From contig OX597833.1 of NCBI GenBank assembly GCA_951406725.2, positions 48,112,001 to 48,176,000 of the forward strand: 64,000 nt of DNA, in the 5' to 3' direction. Of the stretch, positions 12,923 to 25,569 are shown piece after piece. Source of the stretch: Octopus vulgaris (Eukaryota). The first letter of the stretch is position 1, and every line of letters starts with the position of its first letter. Under the pieces are notes generated by a model. The model ran no database searches, was not told the origin of the DNA, and saw only the letters and a program-made list of their open reading frames with translations. The position numbers and the translations under genes were made by a program.

Positions 12923-14622
12923 GTATGTTCATTCTGATCTTGTTTAATCTATTTGCTTCAAATGGCAGAAAAATAAGTTCTCTGCTTGTCAATATGGGTT
13001 ACATGGAAAAATTTTTTAATTTATTAAAGTTTCCAGTATAACTGAACTCATTTAAACCTGTTGGTACTAACCCTTCTGAGACTGGCCTTGGTTCTATGAT
13101 ACAAACTTACTTTTCTAATTTTTACCTTTTTCTTCTTGGGACACAAAACTCTACTTGTGAAGACCTGTTGAGGCAAATGAGAAATCAGAATCAAAATCAA
13201 AACGAAATCGATCAACATCAATGAAAATTGTAGCTGTGATACCAGTGCCGGCGCACATAAGAGAACCATCTAAACGTGGCTGTTGCCAGCCTTGCCTGGC
13301 CTCCGTGCCGGTGGCACGTAAAAATCACCATCCGATCGTGGCTGTTTGCCAGCCTCATCTGACATCTGTGTCGGTGGCACATAAAAAGCACGCACTACAC
13401 TCACGGAGTGGTTGGCGTTAGGAAGGGCATCCAGCTGTAGAAACACTGCCAGATCAAACTGGAACCTAGTGCAGCCTCCTGGCTTCCCGGACCCCGGTCG
13501 AACCATCCAACCCATCGAACCATCGAACATGGCAGATGCCAGTGCCACCATTACTGGCATCCGTGTCGGTGACACGTAAAAGCACCAACCGATCGCGGCT
13601 GTTTGCCAGCCTGCTCTGGCCCTTGTGCCAGTGGCACGTAAAAGACACCCACTACACTCACAGAGTGGTTGGCATTAGGAAGGGCATCCAGCTGTAGAAA
13701 CACTGCCAAATCAGACTAGAGCTTGGCGCAACCTCCATGGCTTACCAGACCCTGGTCGAACTGTCCAACTCATGCTAGCATGGAAAGCGGACGTTAAACG
13801 ATGATGATGATGATGATGATGATGTTAATTTATGTTTCAATCTCCAGTTTAATAGTGACAGTTATTTTATTAAAATTCTTCATTATTTTAAAAATTAATT
13901 GAAACACAGGAAGCATATTTCAACAAAAATAGGGCAACAAAAGTGTTAAGCTATTCACTTCTATTTGTCAAGTTACAATTAAATTGCAAAACATAAGTTC
14001 TCTGTATGTTAACTCTGTCATGTGGAAATAGCTTAAATGTTATTTAAGTGGTAATAAACAAATACATAGAAAAGGAAGATAAAATTCTAAAATTAGACAA
14101 TGGATCATCATGTTGCAGCCATGTAGTCAAGTGTGTTTATGACTCACTGTTAATGATGCCGCTCATGCGTGTAGCTTACTTTTGTTTTTAATTAAAAAAA
14201 AAAAAAGACGATTTTGTGATGAAACAAGTCTGTGATGAACCCAGCACTTTGTCTTGTAAATAAGCAAGGCTTAGACTCTTTGCAACTAAGAAAATTATTA
14301 ATGATATTTATTCTTTGGACAAAGAGTTTACACTTATGCTGGCTATGAGAGTAACTTAAATGTATTTAATATTCTGTGTATATCAACTTGCCTAATTTGC
14401 TTGTCCTTACATTAACTCTTACATACACATGGTTTTCATACTGGGACATGGCCTTCAAAATTTTAGTCGATCCTATCAGACCAAGTATTGATTTGAGTCT
14501 GATATTTATTTACTTGGTGTCTTTCTGTTTATCAAATGACTGAGTTTGAATATTTTAACTTTTGTGGGTTGATGAATACTTTGAGAGGGTATTTGGCTGA
14601 TGGAACCTCTTTATGCGTGTGT

Positions 14623-14662
<40 letters not shown>

Positions 14663-14817
14663 GTTTAAATATTTGTTGGCTAAACTGGCAATATGACCAT
14701 TCCGAAATATAACAATATCATCATCATCATCATCATCATCGTTTAACGTCCGCTTTCCGCGCTAGCACGGGTTGGACGGTTTGACCGGGTCTGGGAAGCC
14801 AGGGGCCGCACCAGGCT

Positions 14818-14881
<64 letters not shown>

Positions 14882-15299
14882 GTAAAATATAGGTGCAGGA
14901 CAGGCTGTATGGTAAGTAGCTTGCTTACCAACCATGTGGTTTCGGGTTCAGTCCCACTGCATGGCACCTTGGGCAAGTGTCTTCAACTATAGCCTTGGGC
15001 CGACCAAAGTGAGTGGATTTGGTAGATAGAAACAACAATAAAACTGTGAAAGGGATGAGGAAAGTAGCTGTTTGGGTGAACAAGTTATGGTGGTGGAGAG
15101 ATATGCCCATTATTGTTATTCTCCCGAATTTCTTTTGTGATTCTGTCCATTGGTTTTCCTGCAGTCATTACTCTTGAGCTGTATATGCAACTATTTATTT
15201 TTTTTCCTCAGGAGCACAAGTAGAGGGTAAGATTAGACACCGGGAACTCAGGTCTGAGAGGGTTAATAATACAACATGGACAATTTTAAATTGTTTCTT

Positions 15300-15711
15300 A
15301 GGACCCCTGGACTGGAGATACGTAAAAAGCACTATCCGAATCGTGGTTGATGCCAGCGCCGCCTCGACTGGCTTCCGTGTCGGTGGCACGTAAAAAGCAC
15401 CATCCGAATCGTGGCCGAAGCCAGTGCCGCCTCGACTGGCTTCCGTGCAGGTGGCACATAAAATGCACCAATCCGACCGTGGCCGATGCCAGCCTCGCCT
15501 GGCACCAGTGCAGGTGGCACGTAAAAAGCACCCACTACACTCATGGAGTGGTTGGCGTTAGGAAGGGCATCCAGCTGTAGAAACATTGCCAGATAAGACC
15601 GGAGCCTGGTGCAGCCTTCTGGCTTCCCAGATCCCCAGTCGAACCGTCCAACCCATGCTAGCATGGAGAACGGACGTTAAACGATGATGATGATGATGAT
15701 GATGATGATGA
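15300..15711 (+). mobile_element. SINE family A ((GAT)n tail, internal about 55-65-bp tandem units), representative copy
   Basis: Shared 3' body gtggttggcgttaggaagggcatccagctgtagaaac...gcatggaaagcggacgttaaacgatgatg. Other copies about 1-408, 1690-2166, 3915-4206, 13200-13824, 15945-16277, 31985-32195 (+) and 16400-16672, 17961-18345, 33970-34280, 40635-40900, 43080-43228, 60195-60478 (-). Confidence 0.8.
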
Positions 15712-17110
15712 TCTTCTTGATTTCATATAATATCTTACACTTACCTAGTGAGTCACAATAAATTTGGTGCCTTTGTGATATATGTTGGTAGTTTATCAAG
15801 TCCAACTGAATTTTATACCAAAGGAAAGAAAAAAGCACAAAAAAGAAAACAAAGAAGGAAATAATAAAACTTCAATATGAGTCAAAAGTCCACATTCTCT
15901 AATTGCAGAGCAATGGGTTCTGTTTAATTGGGGCTTTTACATATAAAAGGCACATAAAAAGCACCATTTGAGCGTGATTAATACCAGCGTTTCCTTACTG
16001 GCACTTCTGCTGGTGTGCATGTGACACATAAGTAAAAAAAAAAACATGATTTTCCGTGACTGTTGCCAGTACCGCCTGAATAGCCCTCATGCCAGTGGCA
16101 CGTTAAAGCACCAACTACACTCTCGGAGTGGTTGGCGTTAGGAAGGGCATCCAATTGTAGAAACTCTGCCAAATCAAGATTGGAGCCTGATGCAGCCATC
16201 TGGTTTGCCAGTCCTCAGTCAAATCATCAAACCCATGCCAGCATGGAAAGCGGACGTTAAACAACGATGATGATGATATTCATTAAGTATACTGTACGGT
16301 ACCTACTAAAAAGTATTTAAAAATCTCAGAATATAGAGACATCATTAGCCCTTCAGTGTTCAGGTTATTTTGTCATTTGTAACATTTATTTACTCACATT
16401 CATCATCATCATCATCATCACATCCGTTTTCCATGCTAGCATGGGTTGGACGGTTCAACTGGGGTCTGGGAAGCCAGAAGGCTGCACCAGGCCCAGTTTG
16501 ATCTGGCAATGTTTCTATGGCTGGATGCCCTTCCTAACGCCAACCACTCCGTGAGTGTAGTGGGTGCTTTTTACGTGCCACCAGCATAGGTGCCAGACGG
16601 GGCTGGCAAACGGCCACGGTCGGATGGTGCTTTTTACATGCCACCGGCACGGGGGCCAGGCAAGGCTTGCCTGGAAAAGTTTCAGTTGAAGAGATTGACA
16701 CTAGAACCTAGTTTTTCAGGAGGATGTTCAAAGCATTTTCATTGCCCCACAAAAATTTTAGATAGGGGGCACTTACACTCCCTGTTCCCAAGCCTATGCA
16801 TGAGTTGGAGTCCTAAATATGTTTGGTACTGTTAAGTACAGGTGTGACAGTGTGGTTTGAAGTTTGCTTTCCTACCACATGGTTTCAGGTTCAATCCCAT
16901 TGAGTGGCACCTTCAGCTAGGTAAGTTTCTTCAACTACAGCCCCCAGGCCAACCAAAGCCTTATGAGTGGACTTGGTCATGGCATTAGGAAGGGGTATCT
17001 AGCTGTAGAAACTATGTCACAACAGATGAGTGGAGTCTGGACAGTTCCCAGCTGGCTGGCTTCATGTCAAACCATCCAATCCAAGCCCACATGGAAAGCA
17101 GGTGTTTGAT

Positions 17111-17142
<32 letters not shown>

Positions 17143-17301
17143 GTGATGGTGGTGGTGGTGGTGGTGGTGGTGGTGGTGATGATGATGATGATGATTGTGA
17201 CGGTGCTGCTGCTGGTGCTGGTGCTGCTGCTGATGATTGTGATGGTGATGATGATGATGATGATGGTGATGATGATGGTGATGGTGATGGTGATGATGAT
17301 G
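17111..17301. repeat. (GAT/GGT/GCT)n trinucleotide tract, expanded SINE-A tail
   Basis: Follows catggaaagcaggtgtttgat; source of poly-H/poly-D ORFs. Confidence 0.9.
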
Positions 17302-17397
17302 TAAAGAATGCATAAAATATTGATATTGGTAAAGAAACAAGAACCTAATTGATGCTAATTTCTGTATAATTAATTGATATTTCTGTTTTATTCTCAG

Positions 17398-17604
17398 AGA
17401 GATTACTGTCCTATTAATCTCCGTTTTCCTTCCAATTTGCGTTCAAAACTTGTGGTGCCAAAATCCTGTCTAAAATCATGGGGAAACACTGATGCTGCTT
17501 TTGATGGTACTACTTCAAATAAGGAATTCTTTCAAAAATGGACTGTAAGACCACGTACCCAATACCGAGATCCATATGAATCAAATAATTATGTCCCTCC
17601 GCAG
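17398..17604 (+). CDS. SAXO/FAM154-like exon
   Basis: ttctcag|RDYCPINLRFPSNLRSKLVVPKSCLKSWGNTDAAFDGTTSNKEFFQKWTVRPRTQYRDPYESNNYVPPQ|gtaaga; phase 0/0. FDGTTS..E.F..W is a SAXO-type repeat. Confidence 0.88.
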
Positions 17605-18552
17605 GTAAGAATTCTACTTATAAATATCAACAGGTGTATGTGTGTTTATAGGCTCAGGTGTAGCAGTGTGATTAACAAGCTTGTTTCCCAACCATACTCT
17701 TTACTCTTTACTCTTTTACTTGCTTCAGTCATTTGACTGCAGCCATGCTGGAGCACCGCCTTTTAGTCGGGCAAATCAACCCCAGGACTTATTCTTTGTA
17801 AGCCTAGTACTTACTTATTCTATTGGTCTCTTTTGCCGAACTGCTAAGTTACGGGAATGTAAACACACCAGCATCAGTTGTCAAGCAATGTTGGTGGGGG
17901 ACAAACACAGACACTGAAACACACACACACACACATATAATATATATAAATATATGTATATATCATCATCATCATCATTTAACGTCCGCTTTCCATGCTA
18001 GCATGGGTTGGACGGTTCAACTGGGGTCTGAGGAGCCCGAAGGCTGCACCAGGCCAGTCAGATCTGGCAGTGTTTCTACAGCTGGATGCCCTTCCTAACG
18101 CCAACCACTCCGAGAGTGTAGTGGGTGATTTTATGTGCCACCGACACAGGTGCCAGACGAGGCTGGCAGACGGCCACGCTCGGATGGTGTTTTTATGTGC
18201 CACCGACACATGTGCCAGATGAGGCTGGCGAACGGCCACGATCGGATGGTGTTTGTTACGTGCGCACAGCACGGAGGCCAGTCGATGCGGTACTGGCTAC
18301 GGCCACGTTCGGATGGTTTTCTTGTATGCCACTGGCACTGGTACCACAAAATATGACGGGCTTCTTTCAGTTTCTGTCTACAAATCCACTCACTTTGGTC
18401 GGCCCGAGGCTGTAGTAGAAGACACTTGCCCAAGGTGCCACGCAGTAGGACTGAACCCAGAACCATGGGGTTGGTAAGCAAGCTACTTGCCGCACAGCCA
18501 CTCCTACGCCATGTGTATTAGTTTTCTATTATTCCTTTTCTTTATTACCTAG

Positions 18553-18849
18553 ACAAAGTTCCATTCTGAGACCACAACAAGAACAACATACACACCAAAA
18601 AGACACGAGGAAACTGTGAGCTACAGACCGTCAGATGAATTATGGCAAGAAAAAGCACCGATCAATCAAGAAATGACAACCAATTATCGATCGACATTCG
18701 TTAAGCCTAAAGTGAAAATGTGCAAAGCGCAAGTCTATTTAATTCAGCAAAAATTGAAAAATCAAATGAAGAATAATTCACAATCACAGAACTCTGTGAT
18801 ATTATCCATGCCAAGTCAGAAACCAAGGAGCATACAGAAAGTCCAGTAA
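18553..18849 (+). CDS. SAXO/FAM154-like terminal coding exon
   Basis: cctag|TKFHSETTTRTTYTPKRHEETVSYRPSDELWQEKAPINQEMTTNYRSTFVKP...QKVQ*; stop TAA ends at 18849. The five exons give about 336 aa of C-terminal protein. Confidence 0.88.
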   Translation, partial: TKFHSETTTRTTYTPKRHEETVSYRPSDELWQEKAPINQEMTTNYRSTFVKPKVKMCKAQVYLIQQKLKNQMKNNSQSQNSVILSMPSQKPRSIQKVQ

Positions 18850-18902
18850 CACATTTATAAGACCAATGGAATAGTTTCTAAAATTGTATAACACTGAAAT
18901 TG

Positions 18903-18908
18903 AATAAA
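18903..18908 (+). promoter_or_regulatory. Candidate polyadenylation signal of the SAXO-like gene
   Basis: AATAAA about 54 nt after the stop; further AATAAA copies near 19334 and 19362 are alternatives. Confidence 0.35.
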
Positions 18909-21061
18909 GTCACAGAATAGAATCGGGGAAATTTTTTTTGTCTTTTCTTACCTCTTTTACTCTTATACTTGTTTCAGTCATTTGACTGTGGCCATACTGG
19001 AGCACCGCCTTTTAGTCGAGCAAATCGACCCCAGGACTTATTCTTTGTAAGCCTAGTACTTATTCTATCGGTATTCTTTTGCCAAACCGCTAAGGTACGG
19101 GGACATAAACACACCAGCATCGGTTGTCAAGCGATGTTGGGGGGGGGGGGGACAAACACCGATACATGCCTGCACCTATGTGTAGATTTTTGTCAAATCT
19201 AGAATTGTATATGTTGGTTTCATTTTGGTGAGACACAATAGTCTTATTTTAATAATTGTTCTCAGCAGTTGATGCACATGTATTACAACGTGTGCCCAAA
19301 GTATTTTTAGAAGATATAAATATAAAATCCGTTAATAAACAGAGCTGAATTCATATTCAAAAATAAAACTGATATAATGATTCAGTTTAGTACTTTCTTA
19401 GCTTAATACTTTGACCCAAAGTAGTATGATAACATTATTGCTATACCTTGACGTATAATAGCAATATTTCTTTGATAAAAAAAGCAATACAAAGAGATAA
19501 AAATTACTTGGCTTAAATTTGCCCTGTTATCTAGGAAACAAGTTTAATTCCTTTTCTTATAAGCAAACTCAGACAATTTAGAGACAATTCTGTGAGTACG
19601 TGTGAGTGTGTGTGTATAAATATAAGACTGTATGTAGCTTCAATGCCAACCTCAGGTATTTTCAGAGCTAAGCAACATCATAAACAACACCAGGATCTGG
19701 TTTTGGCCTTTGTTGTTCTCTCCAAAGCAGTTAAACTGTGCAAAGAAAGATCTTAAAGGATGTCCTCTTCAGTTTCAGCTGTTCCAATAAAGTTTTAACA
19801 TTGTTACTAGTTAGTTCTGCAATGGAATGATTGTTTGAGTGATTACTGACAAACGAAAGTAAAGCTCTTCATTGTATGTGTATGTGCAAGGTAGGGTTGT
19901 CTTCTAGCACCAGTACTCTTCTCCTCTGGAAGCCATCTACTCGCGATACCAGAGGGCGCACACTCTCCTACCCTGATGTAATCTCCAGGGATACAGGCAT
20001 CTAGCAACAGGACCTCCATAATGCTATGATGGACCGTGAAGTCTGGTGTAGCATAGTAAATTCCATTGTCTCGACCACGGTCGAGCAATGATGATGATGA
20101 GTACTCTTGTATGTCACCAGGTTTCTCCACATTGAAACTGAGAATGGCAGTCTTTAACAAAAGGAAGCTACAGGGTCTGTAATATACAGATAACTTTGGT
20201 TTCATGGTCCTTATTTAGGTGGGTCTTCAGATGTCCTTGTTGTGACAATGGAAGATTACAACAGGTTGGGTCTGACTTTCAACACCATCAAAACAGAAGT
20301 AGTCTGCCAATGGTATGCTAGTGTACCACCCACTCTACCCACCTTCATTGTTGGTGATGAACAGTTGTCAATGGCAACATTAAAAAAAATATCTGCGGAA
20401 TATACTCTGGAATTACAACCATGTTTCGTGGTCTGCTACCACAACAGCTCCTTTATAGGATCCAGTTAGTTCAAGACATCATCAGGAGGAACCACGTCCA
20501 GTTTTGGTCACTACTCCTCTACTGTTTTAAGGAGTAGGGGCCGAATACATTCTTAGAGGATGGCAGCTTTGATAATGGCATCAGGAGCTTAATGTCTAAC
20601 AAGCAATTGTACTTTATGCTGGCAAGATAACAACTTTTTATAGCTGACATGTCAAATATTTGAAACACTTTTATGCCACATGTTTCTGCAGACTGTTTCA
20701 TATGAAAAATCGTAGGAGCTCCTGAAATCTGTTGGGTCAGGGGACCCACTAAGTCTAAATCTGGCCCTGGAAACAGAAGTTACATCTAAAGTTGTTTTGG
20801 AATGGAATTTTGTGAAATAGACTTGTAATGTGGTGAGGGTGAAGTCTAGACAAAAAAGTGATTGGTTTTAGAATAAGATGGTATAGGAAATTTTCTGACC
20901 ATGATACTCAATCTTCTCATCTTTCTTCTGATTCTGAAAGTCTTCTCTTCCAATGCTAGGTTCCAGACACCGAAGTGCTCCAACTGGCAAAACTCACATT
21001 ACCCTATATTCTGTTGAAAAAAAAAAGTTCTTTCAACCAGTTATGCCATGAGCAAAAATAA

Positions 21062-21495
21062 TGGTTGGTTGGCATCCTTTTTGTCTCGGGAGACAATGGA
21101 GTTGTGCATAAAATAGTCTAGTCTGGCTTTTACATTTCATGTCCTAATACATTTCCTGCTGTGGCTGTGTAGTCCTATCCTGGACAAACACTCCCTCTGG
21201 CAGGTACCGCAAATGTAGCAAAGACTGTTCCTGCCTGGTTGTAATGTCATAGTTTCTTGTTGACGTCTTTTCTTGTCTTTCCATTTCTCCTCTCTCTCTC
21301 TCTGTCACTCCTTTGTGTTCCCTCTTTTATGGTACGTCGCCAATCTCCACGGTTGCTGGCAGCTGCTTCCCAGTTGCTAATATCGATGTTGCAGGCCTTC
21401 ATGTCTCTTTTGCAAACATCCTTGTAACGTAAGAACGGTCTTCCCACAGACCTAGTGCCCCTAGCAAACTCTCCCTAGAGTATGTCTTTGGGGGA
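21062..21495 (-). mobile_element. RTE/BovB-like LINE 3' fragment
   Basis: PKDIL.GE....R.VGRPFLRYKDVCKRDMKACNID...WE..A.NR..WR; other RTE-like remnants at about 20225-20390 (+) and 21495-21830 (+). Confidence 0.8.
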
Positions 21496-22617
21496 TAATA
21501 ATATGCGCACACTAAAACAACTCTTCTACGGCAAGACTGCTACAAGGAAGAAAACAATTAGTTATTAGAAAAAGCACTATGAAGAAAGTGACATTGACAG
21601 CCATGTGGCTCACAGAATCCTGAGAAGCCCACTATCATAGGCAAAGCATAAAATCCTTACGAGCAACAAACATTCATACAACGAAGTCCAAATGTGAGAT
21701 TTGTAAAGCCTGATCAGCTCTAGTGAAGCCACAGATCATGTGTTCAACATGTGGCCATTACTTCATGTTACAAGCAGTTCCATCAGTTATATACACATAC
21801 ATAAAATTCAATCAACAGTGTAATCAAAGTCATGTTCTTTATTGATAATTAATGGACAAACACAACATGATTTTCAACTATCATATCAACCACATGATCA
21901 GTTGTTCTTACTCTCCTCTACATTACAAAATATAGCAGGAAATTCCATAACATTGATCAGAATAATCTCGTGATAAATTAAAAAATTAGAACAGGATACA
22001 CATAGATGAAAATTTTTCAGATAATGGACATGAAATAAAACAAGAATAATAATAAACGAGTGAAGAATGAATATGTAGGGCGTGTGTTTATTCGGCAAGA
22101 AAAAAATGTCCATTCCAGAATATAACAATATCTGTTTCAACACATGGTTTCATATCAAGAATTTTGCAAAATAAATTCATAAACATAACAACTTAAGCAA
22201 GTTTTCTAGAATAGTTTTGGAATGGAACTATTAGGAAAAATGTTGGCTCACAGAATCCTGAGAAGCCCACTATCATAGGCAAAGCATAAAATCCCATAAA
22301 ATTGGGTGCTTTTAGAATGGAGTAGAAGAGCAAACTCATCAGCTGTAATACTCACATGTAAGATCTCTTCATTCTGATTCTGAAAATTCTCTCTTCCAAT
22401 TCAAAACTTCCTTGTCACACAGTTCTGTGTTACTTAAGCAAACTGCAAAGTTGGGATGTTTTTCTGATGCATTATAAAAATTCCAGCTTTTATGAGGCTA
22501 TGTTATGAAGAGGCCTTCCAGTGTTGTGAAGACTACATCACAGAGGCTAGTCTTCTTCAGAACCAGAAACTGCTATAGCCCCTAACGACTATTTATCCAC
22601 CCAAAACAGGAGTTAGG

Positions 22618-22925
22618 TGGAGGCGCAATGGCCCAGTGGTTAGGGCAGCGAACTCGCGGTCGGAAGATTGTGGTTTCGATTCCCAGATCGGGCGTTGTGT
22701 GTGCTTATTGAGCAAAAACACCTAAAGCTCCATGAGGCTCCGGCAGGGGATGGTGGCGACCTCTGTTGTACTCTTTCGCCCTGACTTTTTCTCACTCTCT
22801 CTTCCTGTTTCTTGAGTAACGCTGCGATGGACTGGCATCCCGTCCAGCTGGGAGGAACACATGTGCCACAGAAACCGGGAAACCGGGCCCATGAGCCTGG
22901 CTAGGCTTGAAAAGGGTGCATAAAA
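22618..22925 (+). mobile_element. tRNA(Arg-like)-derived SINE family D (copies 45341-45640, 61793-62085)
   Basis: ggaggcgcaatggcccagtggttagggcagcg.actcgcggtc...gtttcgattcccag head; aaaacaggagttag duplicated on both sides of this copy. Confidence 0.8.
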
Positions 22926-23430
22926 AAAAAACAGGAGTTAGACCAATAATAGAGCAACTGGAATGATGCGGATGTTATATGCACAGGCATCCCAGACTGT
23001 GTCTAAAGAAAAAAATTAGTTTGACTGATAGATAAGAAGTTGCTCATCAATCTTTGATCCAGACATGCTGTCCCCACTCTCTTCATTTTCTCTTACTGCT
23101 AGAGTGACCACTCCTCCTCAGATCTGGCTGGTTTTGTGTTACCTCCTCATAATCACAGCTCCCCGCCCTGATCCACTCTTCTCTCCTTTTTCTTCTCACT
23201 CATATTGCGTCCACCCCATAAGCCTCTGTACTAATCATACTGCCAAGCCCCTTCTTCCTTAGAAAATCATCTCTCTGTAAATTCCTCCATGCTATGTTTT
23301 ACTTGCAGTTACTGACTTGAAAATTGTTCATGAAGAACATGTTATTTTCTCCAGGCTAAACCAATGTAAAAAGTCATCCGTCATCCAGAGAATGTAAGGA
23401 ACAGCTTTTATAGTGAAGATGGAAAATTTA

Positions 23431-23872
23431 ATAAACTTCTATATTTAAGAGATGAGGAATTATGTACATTATTTACATTTAATAGATATTTGTCCTCATC
23501 TTGTTAACACAACGTTTCAGCTGATATACCCTCCAGCCTTCATCAGGTGCCTTGGGGAAATTTTGAACCTGGGTTTTCATTCCTAAGGTATTTTTTGATG
23601 TTATTATTATTATTATTATTATTCAGATCACTGTCTGGAATTGAACTTGGTATCTTAGGGTTAGTAACCTACGCTCTTAACCACTATACCACAACACAAC
23701 AACCTCCTAAGCAGACCGAGTGCAGATATGAATAGCATATAGGAACCAGTATTAAGGAAGGATAGGAAAATATTAGGTTTATAAACCCTAAAATTTATTT
23801 ACTCCATAATTGCCCACAGGCATAACAAAAAACAAGATGAGGACAAATATCTGTCAAATGAAAATAATGTAA
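23431..23872 (-). mobile_element. Non-autonomous tRNA-headed, hammerhead-bearing (Penelope-like) element with inverted tail
   Basis: Flanked by 12-bp direct repeat atggaaaattta (23419-23430, 23873-23884). tRNA-like head on minus strand 23624-23692 (A box tggtatagtgg, B box agttcaattcc), (AAT)n linker, hammerhead, and an inverted copy of the tail (23467-23505 vs 23831-23870). Confidence 0.7.
23507..23550 (-). ncRNA. Minimal type-I hammerhead ribozyme motif (canonical C3-G8 core)
   Basis: Minus strand: gcac CTGATGA a ggctg gagggtatat cagct GAA ACGT T gtgt. Stem I gcac/gtgt, stem II ggctg/cagct, palindromic stem III ACGU, cleavage triplet GUU. Confidence 0.75.
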
Positions 23873-24967
23873 ATGGAAAATTTAGTTGTGTATTATTCAT
23901 TTTACATATATAATTTTCAGCTGTTTAGATGAAAACAATAGGAATGTGCTTTGTAAAAACAATTAAGTTGTAAATAATTTAAATAAAAAGAACATTTATG
24001 TTATATCAATTCTGTATTTTCTTAATTTATTTTGCAAATTCCATAACTTTGAGAGTTTTTGACATGTTGATGTTGTCTTTGGATTCTGTTGATTGCCTTC
24101 TGATGATGTCAGAGATAAACATATGCTCAAGGTGTTATTAAAGAGGGACCACTTAAAAAGGAGCTTATGATTCATTCACTGTTCCCTTTCTTGCCTTTTC
24201 GTGCATTATTATATGTGCTGTACATGCACTTTTGGTTACCGTTTTCGATGAGTTGTAATGCATTTGAGCACTGTATATAATAAGTTCATTATATGATTTT
24301 TATTATAATAAAGAGGGCTCCATTAAATCTAGGATCCCCCCAAAATTTGAAGAGGTCTAAAAACTTAAAAGGGCCTCGGTAGATTCAGAGAGATTAAATT
24401 AAATTTAATGGTTTTTAAATTTAAAAGTTCAATAAATCAGAAAAGGGATCAATGATTCTAAAAGAACTCTAGTGGATTAAAAAATATTTAGATAAATAAA
24501 AAAAAATTACAAATTATTAATTTGATTACTGTAAATATATTTTTAGGCTTCTCTAAGTTAAAGGGGCTCCAAAGCTTAGGGGACTTTGGGCCATGGATCA
24601 GGATCCATATTGGCTGATACATAAATTCGGTTATGCTAGTCTTAATACAGCACTCAAAGAAATATGAAAAACGTGTAATCACTGGTGCTCAAAAAGATTG
24701 TATTCTTATTTCGACGAACAGGACTGACTTAAACGTTAAATTTTCCGTTTCTTTCTTCTCGACTCTCTTTCCCCTCAGCGATCTGACTGTGACTCACTAT
24801 TCCTATTCATTCTTTCTCAGAACTGCAACGGTTTTGAATTTTTCCCCATTGTCACATTATTAACCCATTTCCTTTCTTTTGACGACTAAAAAAAAAAAAA
24901 AAAGAAAAAATCAAAATACGTAACATTAGTCGAATCAGCTGAAGTTTTGAGTAAGTCATAGAAGCTG

Positions 24968-25395
24968 CCTGCTATTCTTTTCTACTCTAGGCACAGGGCC
25001 CGAAATTTTGTGGGAGGAAGCCAGTCGATTGGATCGACACCTGTACGCAACTGGTACTTAATTTATCGACTCAGTGATAAATCGACCTCGGCGACCACTC
25101 CCTGCTATTCTTTCCTACTCTAGGCACAGGGCCCGAAATTTTGGGGGAGGAAGCCAGTCGATTAGATCGAACCCCAGTACGCAACTGGTACTTAATTTAT
25201 CGACTCCGAAAGTACGAAAAGCAAAGTCGACCTCGGCGACCACTCCCTGCTATTCTTTCCTACTCTAGGCACAGGGCCCGAAATTTTGTGAGAGGAAGCC
25301 AGTCGATTGGATCGACCCCTGTACGCAACTGGTACTTAATTTATCGTCTCCGAAAGGATGAAAGGCCAAGTCGACCTCGGCGATCACTCCTTGCT
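24968..25395 (-). repeat. Tandem trimer (about 134-144-bp units) of a family-C SINE 3' segment, upstream of the SIDT ATG
   Basis: cctgctattcttt.ctactctaggcacagggcccgaaatttt at 24968, 25102 and 25246. Confidence 0.85.
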
Positions 25396-25569
25396 AGTCT
25401 GTCTAACAAATGAGAGAGCTTTTCAGGATTTTTGAAGTGAATTATCAGGAAAGATAACTCTGGATGTCAACAACTTTATCAGTAGCAAATATATACACAC
25501 GCATATATATTTCTATGACTGTCGTCGTCTGTGTGTCTTGATGTAGTTCTCGTCTTTAGATCGTTGGAA

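Noticed and set aside
15320-15532. CRISPR-like palindromic repeat plus spacer pattern
   Set aside because: Spacers are homologous to each other, the arrays are internal to a dispersed SINE, the context is eukaryotic and no cas genes are present.
22618-22695. tRNA-like sequences (also 23624-23692, 45341-45415, 61793-61860)
   Set aside because: SINE heads continuing into repeat bodies, with no intact acceptor stem; not tRNA genes.
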